From: Actinomycetota bacterium | GTDB lineage: Bacteria; Actinomycetota; UBA4738; CALAEC01 | Length of the DNA stretch: 64,000 bases | Assembly: GCA_050692555.1 (NCBI GenBank) | Contig: JBOGVS010000012.1 | Coordinates: 5,993-69,992 of the forward strand | Reading direction: 5' to 3' | Shown here: one piece after another, positions 1 to 10,030 of the stretch | How positions within the stretch are numbered: the stretch's first letter is position 1 | Layout: each line of letters begins with the position of its first letter | Notes under the pieces: model-generated | Database searches by the model: none | Seen by the model: the letters and a program-made list of their open reading frames with translations, nothing else | Told to the model about the DNA's origin: nothing | Program-made: the position numbers and the translations under genes

Positions 1-137
1 GACGGTTCCGAGGTGAGCCAGCCGGACCTCGGCCAAGAAGGCATCGATCTCCTGGGGGGTAAGGGGTCGCGCGCGTGACCTGGCGTCCACTGACTCGGAC
101 TACTTGCTCGATGGTCGCGGTGGCCGGAACACTTTTC

Positions 138-914
138 CTAGGACCATGACTCGAGCTGAGCCGTCATGCCGCTGTCCACGAACAGCATGGATCCCGTGAC
201 GTAGGTGGAGTCGGCGGATGCCAGGAACACTGCTGCCCGCCCGATCTCCTCCGGCGTCCCCAGCCGTCCAAGCAGCTGCCGCTTCTCCACGGCGGCCCGC
301 ATGGCGGCCGGGTCCTCGGTCTCGTCGAAGATCCCCCGGATCAGCGGCGTGTCGATCCACCCGGGACAGATCGCGTTCACCCGGATGCCGTCCGCGCCCA
401 GGTCGATGGCCGCGGCTCGGGTAAGCGCGGCGACGCCGCCCTTCGATGCGGCGTACGGCACCGTCCCGCCCACGTTCTGAACCGAATGCACCGAAGCGAT
501 GTTGATGATCGAGCCCGAGCCGGAGCGCCGGAGCAGGGGCGTGGCGTGCTTCATGCACAGGAACACTCCCCGAAGGTTCACTGCCACGGCTCGGTCGAAG
601 TCCTCGGCCGTAGCCTCGGTAAGGCTCTTGTAGACGCCCACGGCCGCGTTGTTCACCAGCACGTCGATGCCGCCGAACGCCTCCTCGGTCTCGGTTATTA
701 GGCGCCGGATGTCGTCCTCGGTGGCCACGTCGCAGGGGATCGCCCGGGCGGTCCCTCCGGCCGCCGCGAGTTGAGCTTGGGCGTCCCGGGCGGTGGCCTT
801 ATCGACCTCCGCGATGACCACCCGGGCTCCCTCGCGAGCGAATTCGGCCGCGATCCCCCGACCGATCCCCCGGCCGGCCCCGGTGACCACGGCCACCCGG
901 TCCTTCAACCGCAT
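138..914 (-). CDS. Short-chain dehydrogenase/reductase (SDR), sugar/3-oxoacyl reductase-like
   Basis: TGAGRGIG Rossmann motif right after the proposed start, NNAA and YxxxK-type SDR signature. Start placed at M22 (MRLKDRVAVVTGAG) of the 138..977 ORF, which clears the neighbouring SBP gene. Confidence 0.8.
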   Translation of the reverse strand: MRLKDRVAVVTGAGRGIGRGIAAEFAREGARVVIAEVDKATARDAQAQLAAAGGTARAIPCDVATEDDIRRLITETEEAFGGIDVLVNNAAVGVYKSLTEATAEDFDRAVAVNLRGVFLCMKHATPLLRRSGSGSIINIASVHSVQNVGGTVPYAASKGGVAALTRAAAIDLGADGIRVNAICPGWIDTPLIRGIFDETEDPAAMRAAVEKRQLLGRLGTPEEIGRAAVFLASADSTYVTGSMLFVDSGMTAQLESWS

Positions 915-925
915 CTCGCCGTGAG

Positions 926-1966
926 TCACGCCGTTGCGTGCTTGAACTGGCCCAGGTTCTCCTGTGTGATCTGCCACACGCCGGTGGTGACCTGCTCGGG
1001 CAACGGGTTGATCCCGGCTTCCCGCCAGTCCGGGACCGGCCGGAGCTGGTTGTGGTTCAGCCAGTACAGGAGCCAGCAGGCCAGCCAGGCTTCGTCGTAG
1101 CTCTTCTGGGCCACGGAGCCGACGATGGTTCCGGCCTCGAGCTTGGCCAGCATGTCGTCGTTGCGGTCCATGGCCACGATCCTGATGTCTCCGGCTTTGT
1201 CTGCCTCCTCCACGGCCGTGGCCGCGCCCAGGCCGCTATCACCGTCGGTGCCGCCGATCCCGACCAGGTCCGGGTTCGCCTGCAGGGCCGCGGCGTAGGC
1301 CTCCGGGGCGTAGGAGGGGTCCGCCCTGTCGTTCACCACCTGGACCACCTCGATCTGCGGATGGTTCTCCCGGAAGTAGGCCTTGTACCCCTCCACGCGA
1401 TCCAGCACGTTTGGGGAGGGGAACGTCCCCAGGGCCACCTTCCCCTGGCCGCCGATCGCCTCGGCCAGCATGGTGGCTCCCACCTGGCCCGCCGCGAACC
1501 CGTCGATCCCAAAGTGGGCGAACCGTTTGCTCTGTGGCGCGTCGCTGATGACCAGGATCACCGGGATCCCGGCGTCTGCGGCCCGATCGATCCCGGGCGT
1601 CATGGCGTCGGCGTCCCCGATGAACAGGATGATCCCGGCCGGGTTGCGGACGATCAGGTCGTCGAGCTGGCGAGCCTGACCCTGGACGTCGAAGTCCGGC
1701 GGGCCGATGAAACTCGTCTTCGCCCCGGTGGCATCGGTGAAGTCTTCCAGGGCCTGCTGGTGATCCACCCAGAACGGCACCTGGGTCACGATGCTCAGGA
1801 AGACGTACTCGTCGTTGGGATTGATCGGCTCGGTCGTCGCGGTTCCGGTTCCTCCTTGCGTCTCGTCTCCAGGCGTACAGGCGGCAAGGAGGCCGGCAGC
1901 GAGACCGGTGCCTCCCGCCACCTTCATGAAATCGCGCCGGTTCAGTTCGCTGTGAAACGCTTCCAC
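926..1966 (-). CDS. Sugar ABC transporter periplasmic substrate-binding lipoprotein (ribose/xylose CUT2 type)
   Basis: N-terminal lipobox-like signal (LAAGLLAAC). Periplasmic-binding-protein fold features. Sits in an operon with a permease and a two-domain ATPase. Confidence 0.75.
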   Translation of the reverse strand: MEAFHSELNRRDFMKVAGGTGLAAGLLAACTPGDETQGGTGTATTEPINPNDEYVFLSIVTQVPFWVDHQQALEDFTDATGAKTSFIGPPDFDVQGQARQLDDLIVRNPAGIILFIGDADAMTPGIDRAADAGIPVILVISDAPQSKRFAHFGIDGFAAGQVGATMLAEAIGGQGKVALGTFPSPNVLDRVEGYKAYFRENHPQIEVVQVVNDRADPSYAPEAYAAALQANPDLVGIGGTDGDSGLGAATAVEEADKAGDIRIVAMDRNDDMLAKLEAGTIVGSVAQKSYDEAWLACWLLYWLNHNQLRPVPDWREAGINPLPEQVTTGVWQITQENLGQFKHATA

Positions 1967-1967
1967 C

Positions 1968-2981
1968 TCAGCCTCCTTTCAATCTGGAGACGAGCGGTGC
2001 CCGTCCCCGCACCAGCATGTCGAGGCTCACCGCCATCACCAACACCACCCCGGTGGCCACCATCTGCCAGAAGATCGACACCCCCAACAACGTCAGGGCA
2101 TTCGAAATGAGGTTGAGGAACAGGATGCCCAGTACGGCGCCCAGCACGGTCCCCTCGCCACCGGCCAGGCTGGCCCCGCCGATCACCGCTGCGGCGATCA
2201 CCGTGAGCTCCAGGCCCTGACCGGCCGTCGGCACGGCGGTGCTCAGCCTGGCGGCCAGAAGGATCCCGGCCACCGCGGCCAGCGTCGCCGAGAGGGAGTA
2301 GGTGAACAGGCGAAGCCCGTTCACCCGGATCCCCGAGAGCCGGGCGGCTCGTTCGTTCGACCCGACGTAGTAGACCTGCCGAAGGAACCGGGTCGCGCGC
2401 AGCGCCAGATCTCCCACCACCACCAGGGCGAGCATGATCCACACCATGTCCGGGAGCCCCAGCGGGCCACCTTCGCCCAGCGCGGTGAAGGACGCCGGCA
2501 GGTTGCTGATGTTGTATCCCTCGGTCATCACCAGAGCCACTCCCCGGGCGATCGACAGGGTTCCAAGGGTGGCGATCAGGGGGTTGACGTTGAGGTACGT
2601 CACCACGACACCGTTGACCAGGCCGATGACCGCCCCCAGCAGCAGCGTGAGGAGCACGGCCACCGGGATGGGAATCCCCTGGACCAGGAAGAATGCCGCC
2701 ACCGTCCCGCACAGGGCCATCACCGCGGCGACAGAGAGATCGAAGCCCCCCGACGCCAGAAGGATGGCCATGCCGATGGCGATGATCGCCCCGGGGACGG
2801 CACCGATCAGCACCCCTCGGAAATTCGCCACCGTGAGGAAGTTCGGGTTGACGCGGGAGAGTACGAGGGCAGAGATCACGATGATGAGGATGAGAACGAT
2901 CTCCCGAAAGGCGGCTACCCGGAGGACGGCTCGGCGCCAGTCGACCCGGGCGGGTGGGGCCGGTTCCGCCTGCTCGCTCAC
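1968..2981 (-). CDS. Sugar ABC transporter permease (RbsC/BPD family)
   Basis: Polytopic hydrophobic protein of the RbsC-like family. Its stop overlaps the SBP start. Confidence 0.8.
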   Translation of the reverse strand: MSEQAEPAPPARVDWRRAVLRVAAFREIVLILIIVISALVLSRVNPNFLTVANFRGVLIGAVPGAIIAIGMAILLASGGFDLSVAAVMALCGTVAAFFLVQGIPIPVAVLLTLLLGAVIGLVNGVVVTYLNVNPLIATLGTLSIARGVALVMTEGYNISNLPASFTALGEGGPLGLPDMVWIMLALVVVGDLALRATRFLRQVYYVGSNERAARLSGIRVNGLRLFTYSLSATLAAVAGILLAARLSTAVPTAGQGLELTVIAAAVIGGASLAGGEGTVLGAVLGILFLNLISNALTLLGVSIFWQMVATGVVLVMAVSLDMLVRGRAPLVSRLKGG

Positions 2982-4504
2982 GCGGCCCCCTCTGCCGTCC
3001 CGGCCGCCAGGGCCAGGACCTCCTCCTCGGTTGCCGTGGACCCCTCGAGTACGCCGCGGAGGCGGCCGGCCGCCATCACCGCGATCCGGTCGCTCATCCC
3101 CAGGATCTCCGGGAGGTCCGAGGAGATGAGCAAGACCGCCAGCCCTTCCTGGGCGAGGTCCACAATGAGCCGGTGAAGCTCGGCCTTGGCCCCCACGTCG
3201 ATCCCCTGGGTGGGCTCATCCACGATCAGGACCCTGGGTCGCGACGCCAGCCACTTGGCCAGCATGACCTTCTGCTGGTTCCCGCCCGAGAGCTCCCGTA
3301 CGGGCTGGTTGAGGGCGGCGGCCCGAACGCCGAGTTCCGATCGGAGGCGCTCCGCCAGGGCCGTGACCATTCGCCCTCGCAGCACACCGCCGGGGGCCAC
3401 CCACCGGAGGGCAACCGCCGTGAGGTTCTCGGCGAGCGTCATCCGAGGGAAGAGGCCGTCGCGAGCCCGGTCGGCCGGGACGTACGCGAGACCGTGGCGC
3501 AAGGCCTCCCACGGGCTCCGGGCCCGGATGGGCTCTCCGTCAATCCGCACAACTCCGCCGCCGAGCGGGGCCGCGCCGACCACCGCGCGGGCCAGCCGGC
3601 TCCGCCCTGCACCCCGGAGTCCGGCCAGAGCGACGATTTCACCGGCACGGATGTGAAGGTTGACGGGCCCAACGGGTCCGCTGCGGACGCCGAGGACCTC
3701 GAAGCGCACCTTCTGAGAGGGGGCGGTGCGCTCCGGGTAGAGCGCGCTCAGCTCGCGGCCGACCATCGACCGCACCGCCTGCTCCTCTGTTATCTCGTGT
3801 CGCTTGAAGGTCCCCATCAGCCGTCCATCGCGCAGTACGGTGATGCGATCGGCGACCTCGAAGACCTCCCCCAGCCGATGGGACACGAACACCACCGCGA
3901 TCCCTCGCTCGGTGAGCCGCCGGAGCACTCGGAACAACGCCTCGGTCTCGTCGCGGGACAATGACGCCGTCGGCTCGTCCATCAGGAAGACGCGCGCATC
4001 GAGCGATAGCGCCTTGGCGATCTCGACGGCCTGGAGAGCGCCGCGCCCCAGATCGGACAGCGGAGCGTCCGGAGGGATATCGGATCCGAGCAGCCGCAGG
4101 AGGTCCCGCGCTCTGCGGTGCATCTGCCGGCGATCGATCAGCCCCCACCGGGTCGGGGCTCGTCCGGCGAAGATGTTCTCGGCGACCGTCAGGGCCGGCG
4201 CCAGGCTGAGCTCCTGGAACACCGTTCCGATCCCGGCGGCCTGGGCGTCCTTCGGGGTCGTGAACCGCATCTCCCGCCCATCCACCACGACGTGACCCCG
4301 GTCGGGAGGGAACACGCCGGAGACGATCATCAAGAACGTGGTCTTCCCCGCACCGTTCTCCCCGATCAGGGCATGGACCTCACCGGACTGAACGCCGAGG
4401 CTCACGGAACGGAGGGCCCGGGTCCCTGCGAACGACTTCGACAGGCCTTCGACCCTGAGCATCGAGGGCCTACCCGCTTCCTTGGGCGGTGTATTTCGTT
4501 CCAC
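2978..4504 (-). CDS. Sugar ABC transporter ATP-binding protein with two fused ATPase domains (RbsA-like)
   Basis: Two Walker A motifs (GENGAGKTT and LRGAGRSRL region), LSGG signatures, ~500 aa duplicated ABC domain. Overlaps the permease by 4 nt. Confidence 0.85.
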   Translation of the reverse strand: MERNTPPKEAGRPSMLRVEGLSKSFAGTRALRSVSLGVQSGEVHALIGENGAGKTTFLMIVSGVFPPDRGHVVVDGREMRFTTPKDAQAAGIGTVFQELSLAPALTVAENIFAGRAPTRWGLIDRRQMHRRARDLLRLLGSDIPPDAPLSDLGRGALQAVEIAKALSLDARVFLMDEPTASLSRDETEALFRVLRRLTERGIAVVFVSHRLGEVFEVADRITVLRDGRLMGTFKRHEITEEQAVRSMVGRELSALYPERTAPSQKVRFEVLGVRSGPVGPVNLHIRAGEIVALAGLRGAGRSRLARAVVGAAPLGGGVVRIDGEPIRARSPWEALRHGLAYVPADRARDGLFPRMTLAENLTAVALRWVAPGGVLRGRMVTALAERLRSELGVRAAALNQPVRELSGGNQQKVMLAKWLASRPRVLIVDEPTQGIDVGAKAELHRLIVDLAQEGLAVLLISSDLPEILGMSDRIAVMAAGRLRGVLEGSTATEEEVLALAAGTAEGAA

Positions 4505-4574
4505 GAAACCGAGTACCGTGTGCTGAAATCCTTCCTACCCGTTCACGGGGGGCAGAGTCAAGCTCGGGCTTGAC
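4494..4574. promoter_or_regulatory. Divergent promoter region with two palindromes (tttcgTTCCAcgaaa and gtcaagcTCGGgcttgac), candidate IclR-type operators
   Basis: Both inverted repeats read directly in the intergenic sequence between the two divergent ABC operons. An IclR regulator is encoded inside the downstream operon. Confidence 0.35.
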
Positions 4575-4651
4575 TTCGTCCTCGTGCCTGGCCTACCGTT
4601 CTTTGCGCTAGGCGAGACACTGTTCCGTCAGCCGAGACAGGAGGTGGGGTC

Positions 4652-5704
4652 ATGCGGAGCGGTCGTCTGTTGCTATTCGTGTCGGTTGCCGTGCTCACTG
4701 CGTGCGGCGAGCTCGAGACCACGGGTGGCGGGTCCGGCGGCGCTGGCGGTGATACCGCCACGGGGAACAAGGCCCAGGCGAGCTGCGAGAACGTCGCCTA
4801 CGACGGGAGCGGTACGCCGCGGATCGCGTACATGCCGCCGGCGACGGAGTTCCCCTATTACCTGGCCATCGGCGAGGGACTCAAGGCCAAGGCCCAGGAG
4901 GTGAACGCCGAGACGTTCATGCTCGCCCCGCAGAGCGGGGCCGACATCGAGGGCCAGATCGGCATGATTCAGGACGTCCTGACCCAGGGAGTAGACGGGA
5001 TCATCCTGTCGACTCATGACGAGAAGGCCGCGGCGCCGCTGGTGAGGCAGGCCGTGGACGGCGGGATCGCCCTGGTCATCGTGAACTCCGACATCGCTGA
5101 CTTCCCGACCCCGGTGCATGGCGTGGTGGGGTACCAGCAACGCAAGGGGACCAGCAAGATCGGCGACTACGCCATCGAGATGGTCGACGGCCAGGCGAAG
5201 ATCGGGGTGATCGAGGGATTGCCCGGCTACCACTCCACGGAGCGGGTCGGCGGCTTCCTCGATGCCATCGAGGGCGAGCAGGGCATGGACGTCGTTGAGA
5301 GCCTTCCCGGCGACTGGAACGTCGAGGGCGGGAACCGGGCTGGCATGGATATGCTCCAGGCCCACCCGGAGATCGAGATGGTCTTCGCTGCCAACGACTA
5401 CATGGCCATTGGGGCGAACAAGGCTGCAGAGGACCTCGACCGCGACGTGATCGTCCTCGGCAATGACGGCGACACCCAAGCGCTCGAGGAGATCAATGCC
5501 GGCGAGTGGGAGGCGACCGTCAACACGACGCCGTTCGAGATGGGCGAGACGGTCCTCGACGTGATGATGGACTGCATGAACAAGGAGTTCACGGGGTTCT
5601 ACATCGAGACTCCGACCCAGATCGTCGATGAAACCAACGTGATGCAGTACCTGTGCCAGGAGGATCGGCTGTACCCGCCGCCGTCCAAGGACTACGAGTG
5701 CTAG
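4652..5704 (+). CDS. Sugar ABC transporter substrate-binding lipoprotein
   Basis: RBS aggagg upstream. Signal peptide plus lipobox (LTACGE). Periplasmic sugar-binding protein features. Confidence 0.8.
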   Translation: MRSGRLLLFVSVAVLTACGELETTGGGSGGAGGDTATGNKAQASCENVAYDGSGTPRIAYMPPATEFPYYLAIGEGLKAKAQEVNAETFMLAPQSGADIEGQIGMIQDVLTQGVDGIILSTHDEKAAAPLVRQAVDGGIALVIVNSDIADFPTPVHGVVGYQQRKGTSKIGDYAIEMVDGQAKIGVIEGLPGYHSTERVGGFLDAIEGEQGMDVVESLPGDWNVEGGNRAGMDMLQAHPEIEMVFAANDYMAIGANKAAEDLDRDVIVLGNDGDTQALEEINAGEWEATVNTTPFEMGETVLDVMMDCMNKEFTGFYIETPTQIVDETNVMQYLCQEDRLYPPPSKDYEC

Positions 5705-5711
5705 CGGCTCC

Positions 5712-7214
5712 ATGGGTGGCGTGGGTCCGCTCTGGGAGGTCCGAGACGTTTCGAAGTCGTTCCCGGGCGTCCGCGCCCTGGACGGCGTCTCCCTGACTCT
5801 CCGCGAGGGCGAGATCGCGGCCCTGGTAGGCGAGAACGGCAGCGGCAAGAGCACACTGGCCAAGTGTCTGGCCGGCGTCCACCATCCCGACCAGGGGGAG
5901 CTCTACCACCGGGGGGAGCGGGTGGAACTCCGCGACCCCGCGGCGGCCCGGGAGCTGGGGGTGGCCGTCTTCTACCAGGAATCCTCACTGGTGCCGTCGC
6001 TCACGGTCGCGGAGAACATCTTCCTCGGCAGACTTCCTCGCCGAGGACCGATCGTGGACTGGGCGCGCGCCCGTCGTGAAGCGGCCCGGACCCTGCACCG
6101 GTTGTCGGTTTCGATCGACCCCGGCCGGCCGGTCAGCGACCTGTCCGTGGCAGAGCAGCAGCTCGCGGAGATCGCCAAGGCTCTGTCCGGCCGCATGACC
6201 CTGCTGATCCTTGACGAGCCTACCGCCGCCCTGGGACCCGAGGAGATCGGCCGGCTCCACGAGGTGATCCGGCTGCTTGCCCGGCAGGGGACAAGCATGC
6301 TGTACATCTCGCACCGCCTTGACGAGGTGTTCGGGGTGGCCGACCGGATCGCCGTTCTGCGGGACGGTCGGCTGGTGGGTGAGGCTCCCAAGAACCAGAC
6401 CTCGGTCCGAGAGGTCGTCCGGATGATGATCGGCAGCGACATGGAAGAGTACTTCGTCAGAGACCGTCCGGAGCTCGGCCGGCCTCGCCTGGAGGCTCGG
6501 AACCTGCGCACGCGGTACGTCCGCGACGTCTCCTTCTCACTCGCGGCGGGAGAGATCCTGGGCCTCGGTGGCGTCATCGGCTCGGGGAGGACCGCGATCG
6601 CCCGGGCGCTCTTCGGGATCGACCCGATCCTGGAGGGCGAGATTCGGATCGACGGGGGACCGATTCGCCCCCGTTCTCCTGACGAGGCCATCGCCGCAGG
6701 GATCGCTCTGGTGCCGGAGGACCGCAAAGCCGACGGCCTGTTCTTCAACTTCCCGGGTCCCCCGAACGTGTCCATCGCCAATCTCGCCGCCGTGAAGCGG
6801 GGGCCCGTCCTGAGCCTTGGCCGCGAGCGTCGGAGGACCGGTGCGCTGATGGACCACCTCCGGGTCGACCGGCGGGCCGGCGGGGTGAGCGTGCGGTACC
6901 TCTCGGGGGGTAATCAGCAGAAGATCGTCCTGGGACGGTGGCTGTTCTCGGAGGCCAAAGTACTGATCCTTGACGAGCCCACTCAGGGGATCGATGTCGG
7001 AGCGAAGTTCGAGGTGTACCGGGTGATGAACGAGCTCACAACGCGGGGGATTTCGATCCTGCTGATCAGCTCGGACTATCCGGAGCTCCTGATGATCAGC
7101 GACCGGGTGGCGGTTGTGCGGCAGGGCCAGATCGTTCACACGGCCGCTCAAGGCTCCCTCACCGAGCACGAGCTCGTCGAAATGGCGGCCACCGACCTGG
7201 CAAGGGGGGCGTGA
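5712..7214 (+). CDS. Sugar ABC transporter ATP-binding protein (two ATPase domains)
   Basis: GENGSGKST Walker A, LSVAEQQ signature, second domain with GVIGSGRT. Confidence 0.85.
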   Translation: MGGVGPLWEVRDVSKSFPGVRALDGVSLTLREGEIAALVGENGSGKSTLAKCLAGVHHPDQGELYHRGERVELRDPAAARELGVAVFYQESSLVPSLTVAENIFLGRLPRRGPIVDWARARREAARTLHRLSVSIDPGRPVSDLSVAEQQLAEIAKALSGRMTLLILDEPTAALGPEEIGRLHEVIRLLARQGTSMLYISHRLDEVFGVADRIAVLRDGRLVGEAPKNQTSVREVVRMMIGSDMEEYFVRDRPELGRPRLEARNLRTRYVRDVSFSLAAGEILGLGGVIGSGRTAIARALFGIDPILEGEIRIDGGPIRPRSPDEAIAAGIALVPEDRKADGLFFNFPGPPNVSIANLAAVKRGPVLSLGRERRRTGALMDHLRVDRRAGGVSVRYLSGGNQQKIVLGRWLFSEAKVLILDEPTQGIDVGAKFEVYRVMNELTTRGISILLISSDYPELLMISDRVAVVRQGQIVHTAAQGSLTEHELVEMAATDLARGA

Positions 7215-8248
7215 CCGTGGAGAGGATCGGCAGGTTCTTCCGCACGCCCGTGGCAGGGCCGCTCCTCATCATGCTCCTGGTCGCCGTCGGGGTGGCCCTG
7301 AGTACCGAGCGGTTCCTGAGCCGCCAGAACCTGATCAACGTATGGCTCCAGGTCTCGATCATCGCCATCGTGGCCATCGGGGCCACCATCGTCATCCTCA
7401 CGGCGCAAATCGACCTGTCCTCGGGGTCGCTGGTCGCTCTGGCCAGCGTCATCCTGGCAGGGCTGATCAAAAAGACGGGCGTGCCGGTGCCGTTGTCCAT
7501 CCTCCTGGTGATCGCCATGGCCGCCGGCCTGGGGCTGGTCAACGGGTTCTTCGCCTCGTACGGGCGGATCCCGTCCTTCATCTTCACGCTGGGGACCCTG
7601 GCCATCTTTCGGGGACTGGCCTTCCTGTATACGCAGGGTGCTCCCATCTTCTCGGTGTCGCCCCAGCTGAACCCGCTCTTCTACCGGACCTTCTTGGGTA
7701 TGCCGCTCCCGTTCGTCTACGTGATGGTGCTGTACGGGACCGCGTGGGCGTATCTCCGGTACACGGAGGGCGGAAGGAACATCTACGCCGTGGGCGGGAA
7801 TGAGTCCGCGGCCCGGCTGTCGGGGATCAGCGTGAACCGCGTGCGGACGAAGGCCTTCGTGATCGCCGGGTTCATGGCCGGCCTGGCCGGGGTACTCCTG
7901 ACCGCACGCCTTGACTCCGGATCCCCGAACTACGGACAGGGCTACGAGCTCACGGCGATCGCTGCGGCGGTGATCGGAGGGGCCAGCCTGTTCGGCGGCC
8001 ATGGGAACATCTTCGCAACGCTGTTCGGGGCCCTGACCATCGTGGTGGTCCAGAACGGCCTGAACCTGCACGGCGTGCCCGCCGCTTGGCAGGAGATCGC
8101 CCTGGGAGGCATCATCGCGCTTGCCGTGGGGGTGGACATGTGGCGGACGGAGATCGGACAGACGCTCGGGCGGCTGGTCGGAGGTCGCCGCCCGACCGCC
8201 GGCGCGCCGGCGTCGGAGCCCAGGGACCGCGTGGGAACAACGACGTGA
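7211..8248 (+). CDS. Sugar ABC transporter permease
   Basis: RbsC-like multi-TM protein. 4-nt overlap with the upstream ATPase. Confidence 0.8.
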   Translation: MTVERIGRFFRTPVAGPLLIMLLVAVGVALSTERFLSRQNLINVWLQVSIIAIVAIGATIVILTAQIDLSSGSLVALASVILAGLIKKTGVPVPLSILLVIAMAAGLGLVNGFFASYGRIPSFIFTLGTLAIFRGLAFLYTQGAPIFSVSPQLNPLFYRTFLGMPLPFVYVMVLYGTAWAYLRYTEGGRNIYAVGGNESAARLSGISVNRVRTKAFVIAGFMAGLAGVLLTARLDSGSPNYGQGYELTAIAAAVIGGASLFGGHGNIFATLFGALTIVVVQNGLNLHGVPAAWQEIALGGIIALAVGVDMWRTEIGQTLGRLVGGRRPTAGAPASEPRDRVGTTT

Positions 8249-9081
8249 CCGTGGAGCGGGAGGTCAAGCTGGACGCGCGTGGAGAGGGCTACGTCGTCCG
8301 TGCCGTGGTCCGAGCGGCGCGCCTCCTCGAGCTCCTCCGGAGCAGCGACGGGGGTGCATCGCTCGGCGAGCTCGCCGCCCGATCGGGCCTGGCCAAGGCA
8401 TCGGTGTTCCGGATGCTCCGAACCCTCGAGGGAACGGGGCTGGTGGAGCGGGTCCCCGACCACGACCGTTACCGCCTGGGTGTGCGATGCCTGGAGCTGG
8501 GCCAGGCCTACCTGGAGCAGACGGACCTCCGGCGAGAAGCGATGCCGGTGCTCACCGATCTCCGTTCCGAGTTCAACGAGACGGTCCACCTGGGGGTCCT
8601 CGACGATGAGCTCCGGGTCGTCTACCTCGAAAAGCTGGAGAGCACCCACGCGGTGGGCATCATGATGTCCCGGGTGGGGCGGACCGCCGCCTCATTCTGT
8701 ACGGGGCTGGGCAAGGCCATGCTGGCCGCGCTCCCAGAGGATCCCGTGACTACCCTTGAGGAACAGGGCACGCTCCACTCGTACACGCCGAACACCATCG
8801 CCGAGCCAGAGGCCTTGCGGGCGGAGCTCGAACGGATCCGCAAGCGCGGGTACTCGCTCGACCTCGAGGAGCACGAACCGGGCGTCCGGTGTGTGGGGGC
8901 CGCCATCCTCGGCCCGCACGGGGAGATGGTGGCCGGTCTGTCCATCTCCGGGCCCGCCCAGCGCCTCCCGGAACGCCTGCTGCGAGGGCCGCTCGCCGAA
9001 GCCGCTCGCTCGGCTGCCGCTGAGATCGGCCGACGCCTGGGCGCCCAACGGGAGTCCTCCGATGGTCATCCTGGCGGTTGA
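8245..9081 (+). CDS. IclR family transcriptional regulator
   Basis: N-terminal wHTH (ASLGELAARSGLAKASVFRMLRTLE) and C-terminal IclR effector domain. GTG start at residue 54 of the 8086 ORF, overlapping the permease stop. Confidence 0.8.
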   Translation: MTVEREVKLDARGEGYVVRAVVRAARLLELLRSSDGGASLGELAARSGLAKASVFRMLRTLEGTGLVERVPDHDRYRLGVRCLELGQAYLEQTDLRREAMPVLTDLRSEFNETVHLGVLDDELRVVYLEKLESTHAVGIMMSRVGRTAASFCTGLGKAMLAALPEDPVTTLEEQGTLHSYTPNTIAEPEALRAELERIRKRGYSLDLEEHEPGVRCVGAAILGPHGEMVAGLSISGPAQRLPERLLRGPLAEAARSAAAEIGRRLGAQRESSDGHPGG

Positions 9082-10030
9082 CTCCGGCACCACGTCGACG
9101 CGGGCGTGGGTGGTGGATGCGGGGAAGGTCCTGGCTGGGGCCTCTATCCGAGGGGGGGCCAAGGACGTGGCCAGGTGGCAGCAACGCTTCGACCTCCTGG
9201 GCCAGGTCCGATCGGTGTGCGACGGTGCCCTCGGCGACAGCGGGCGATCGTGGGATGACGTTCGGGCGGTGGTCGCCTTCGGCATGATCACCTCGGAGCT
9301 GGGCCTGGAGGAGGTATCTCACCTCGAAGCCCCCGCGGACCGCCGCGCGCTGGTGGACGCCATGCGGCGGCGGGTGGACGGTGCCCTCCCGGCTCCCGTG
9401 TATCTCATCCCCGGGGTCCGGAGCGACGCCCCTGATCTCGCCGAGATCGACTTCATGAGGGGCGAGGAGACTGAGGTGGTGGGGCTCCTGTCCCTGGGGT
9501 CGGTCGACCCACCGATCCTCTACCTGTCGGCCGGCTCCCACACGAAGTTCGTCGGGGTCGACCTTCGGGGACGCATCGGCTGGAGCATGACCACCCTCTC
9601 GGGGGAGCTCCTGTGGGCCCTCCACCGCGAGACCATCCTGTCCGAGCTGGTGGACCCGACCGGTGACCTTCGCGACGTGGGGGCGGTGGAGGAGGGCGCC
9701 CGGCTGGCGGAGCGGGCCGGGATCAGCCGAGCCCTGTTCGCCGCCCGGTTGCTCAACCGGGTCCATGGCATGGGACCGGACACGTGCTCCGCGTTCGTCC
9801 ATGGAGCCGTGGCCGGGACCGATCTCCTCTCCCTCCGCACCGCCCTGCGGGCCCACTCTGATCCACCTACTCGAGTCGTGATCGCCGGTGGCAGCGCCCT
9901 GGCCCAGGCGTACCGGCACCTCCTGGGCAAGGAGGACTGGGTGACGGCGATCGAGTACATGGACCAGCCGCTGGGTGCTCTGGGCGCGTGGGCCATGTTC
10001 TCGGATGCCTCGGGAGACGGGGGGCCATGA
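9062..10030 (+). CDS. dgoK: 2-dehydro-3-deoxygalactonokinase-like sugar-acid kinase (DgoK family)
   Basis: MVILAVDSGTTSTRAW N-terminus and FMRGEETEVVGL motif match the DgoK signatures DWGTTNLRAW / MRGEETQ. The start overlaps the IclR 3' end. Confidence 0.7.
   Translation: MVILAVDSGTTSTRAWVVDAGKVLAGASIRGGAKDVARWQQRFDLLGQVRSVCDGALGDSGRSWDDVRAVVAFGMITSELGLEEVSHLEAPADRRALVDAMRRRVDGALPAPVYLIPGVRSDAPDLAEIDFMRGEETEVVGLLSLGSVDPPILYLSAGSHTKFVGVDLRGRIGWSMTTLSGELLWALHRETILSELVDPTGDLRDVGAVEEGARLAERAGISRALFAARLLNRVHGMGPDTCSAFVHGAVAGTDLLSLRTALRAHSDPPTRVVIAGGSALAQAYRHLLGKEDWVTAIEYMDQPLGALGAWAMFSDASGDGGP

Noticed and set aside
100-2110. Long Gly/Pro/Arg-rich ORFs on the strand opposite to, or in alternate frames of, the SDR and SBP genes (e.g. 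100..558, 205..480, 938..2110). Similar ones recur window-wide (14186..15301, 16829..17584, 24624..27167, 33724..35868, 36783/35888 frames, etc.).
   Set aside because: These are typical high-GC third-position artefacts. They have low-complexity composition, no domain motifs, and each fully overlaps a well-supported gene.
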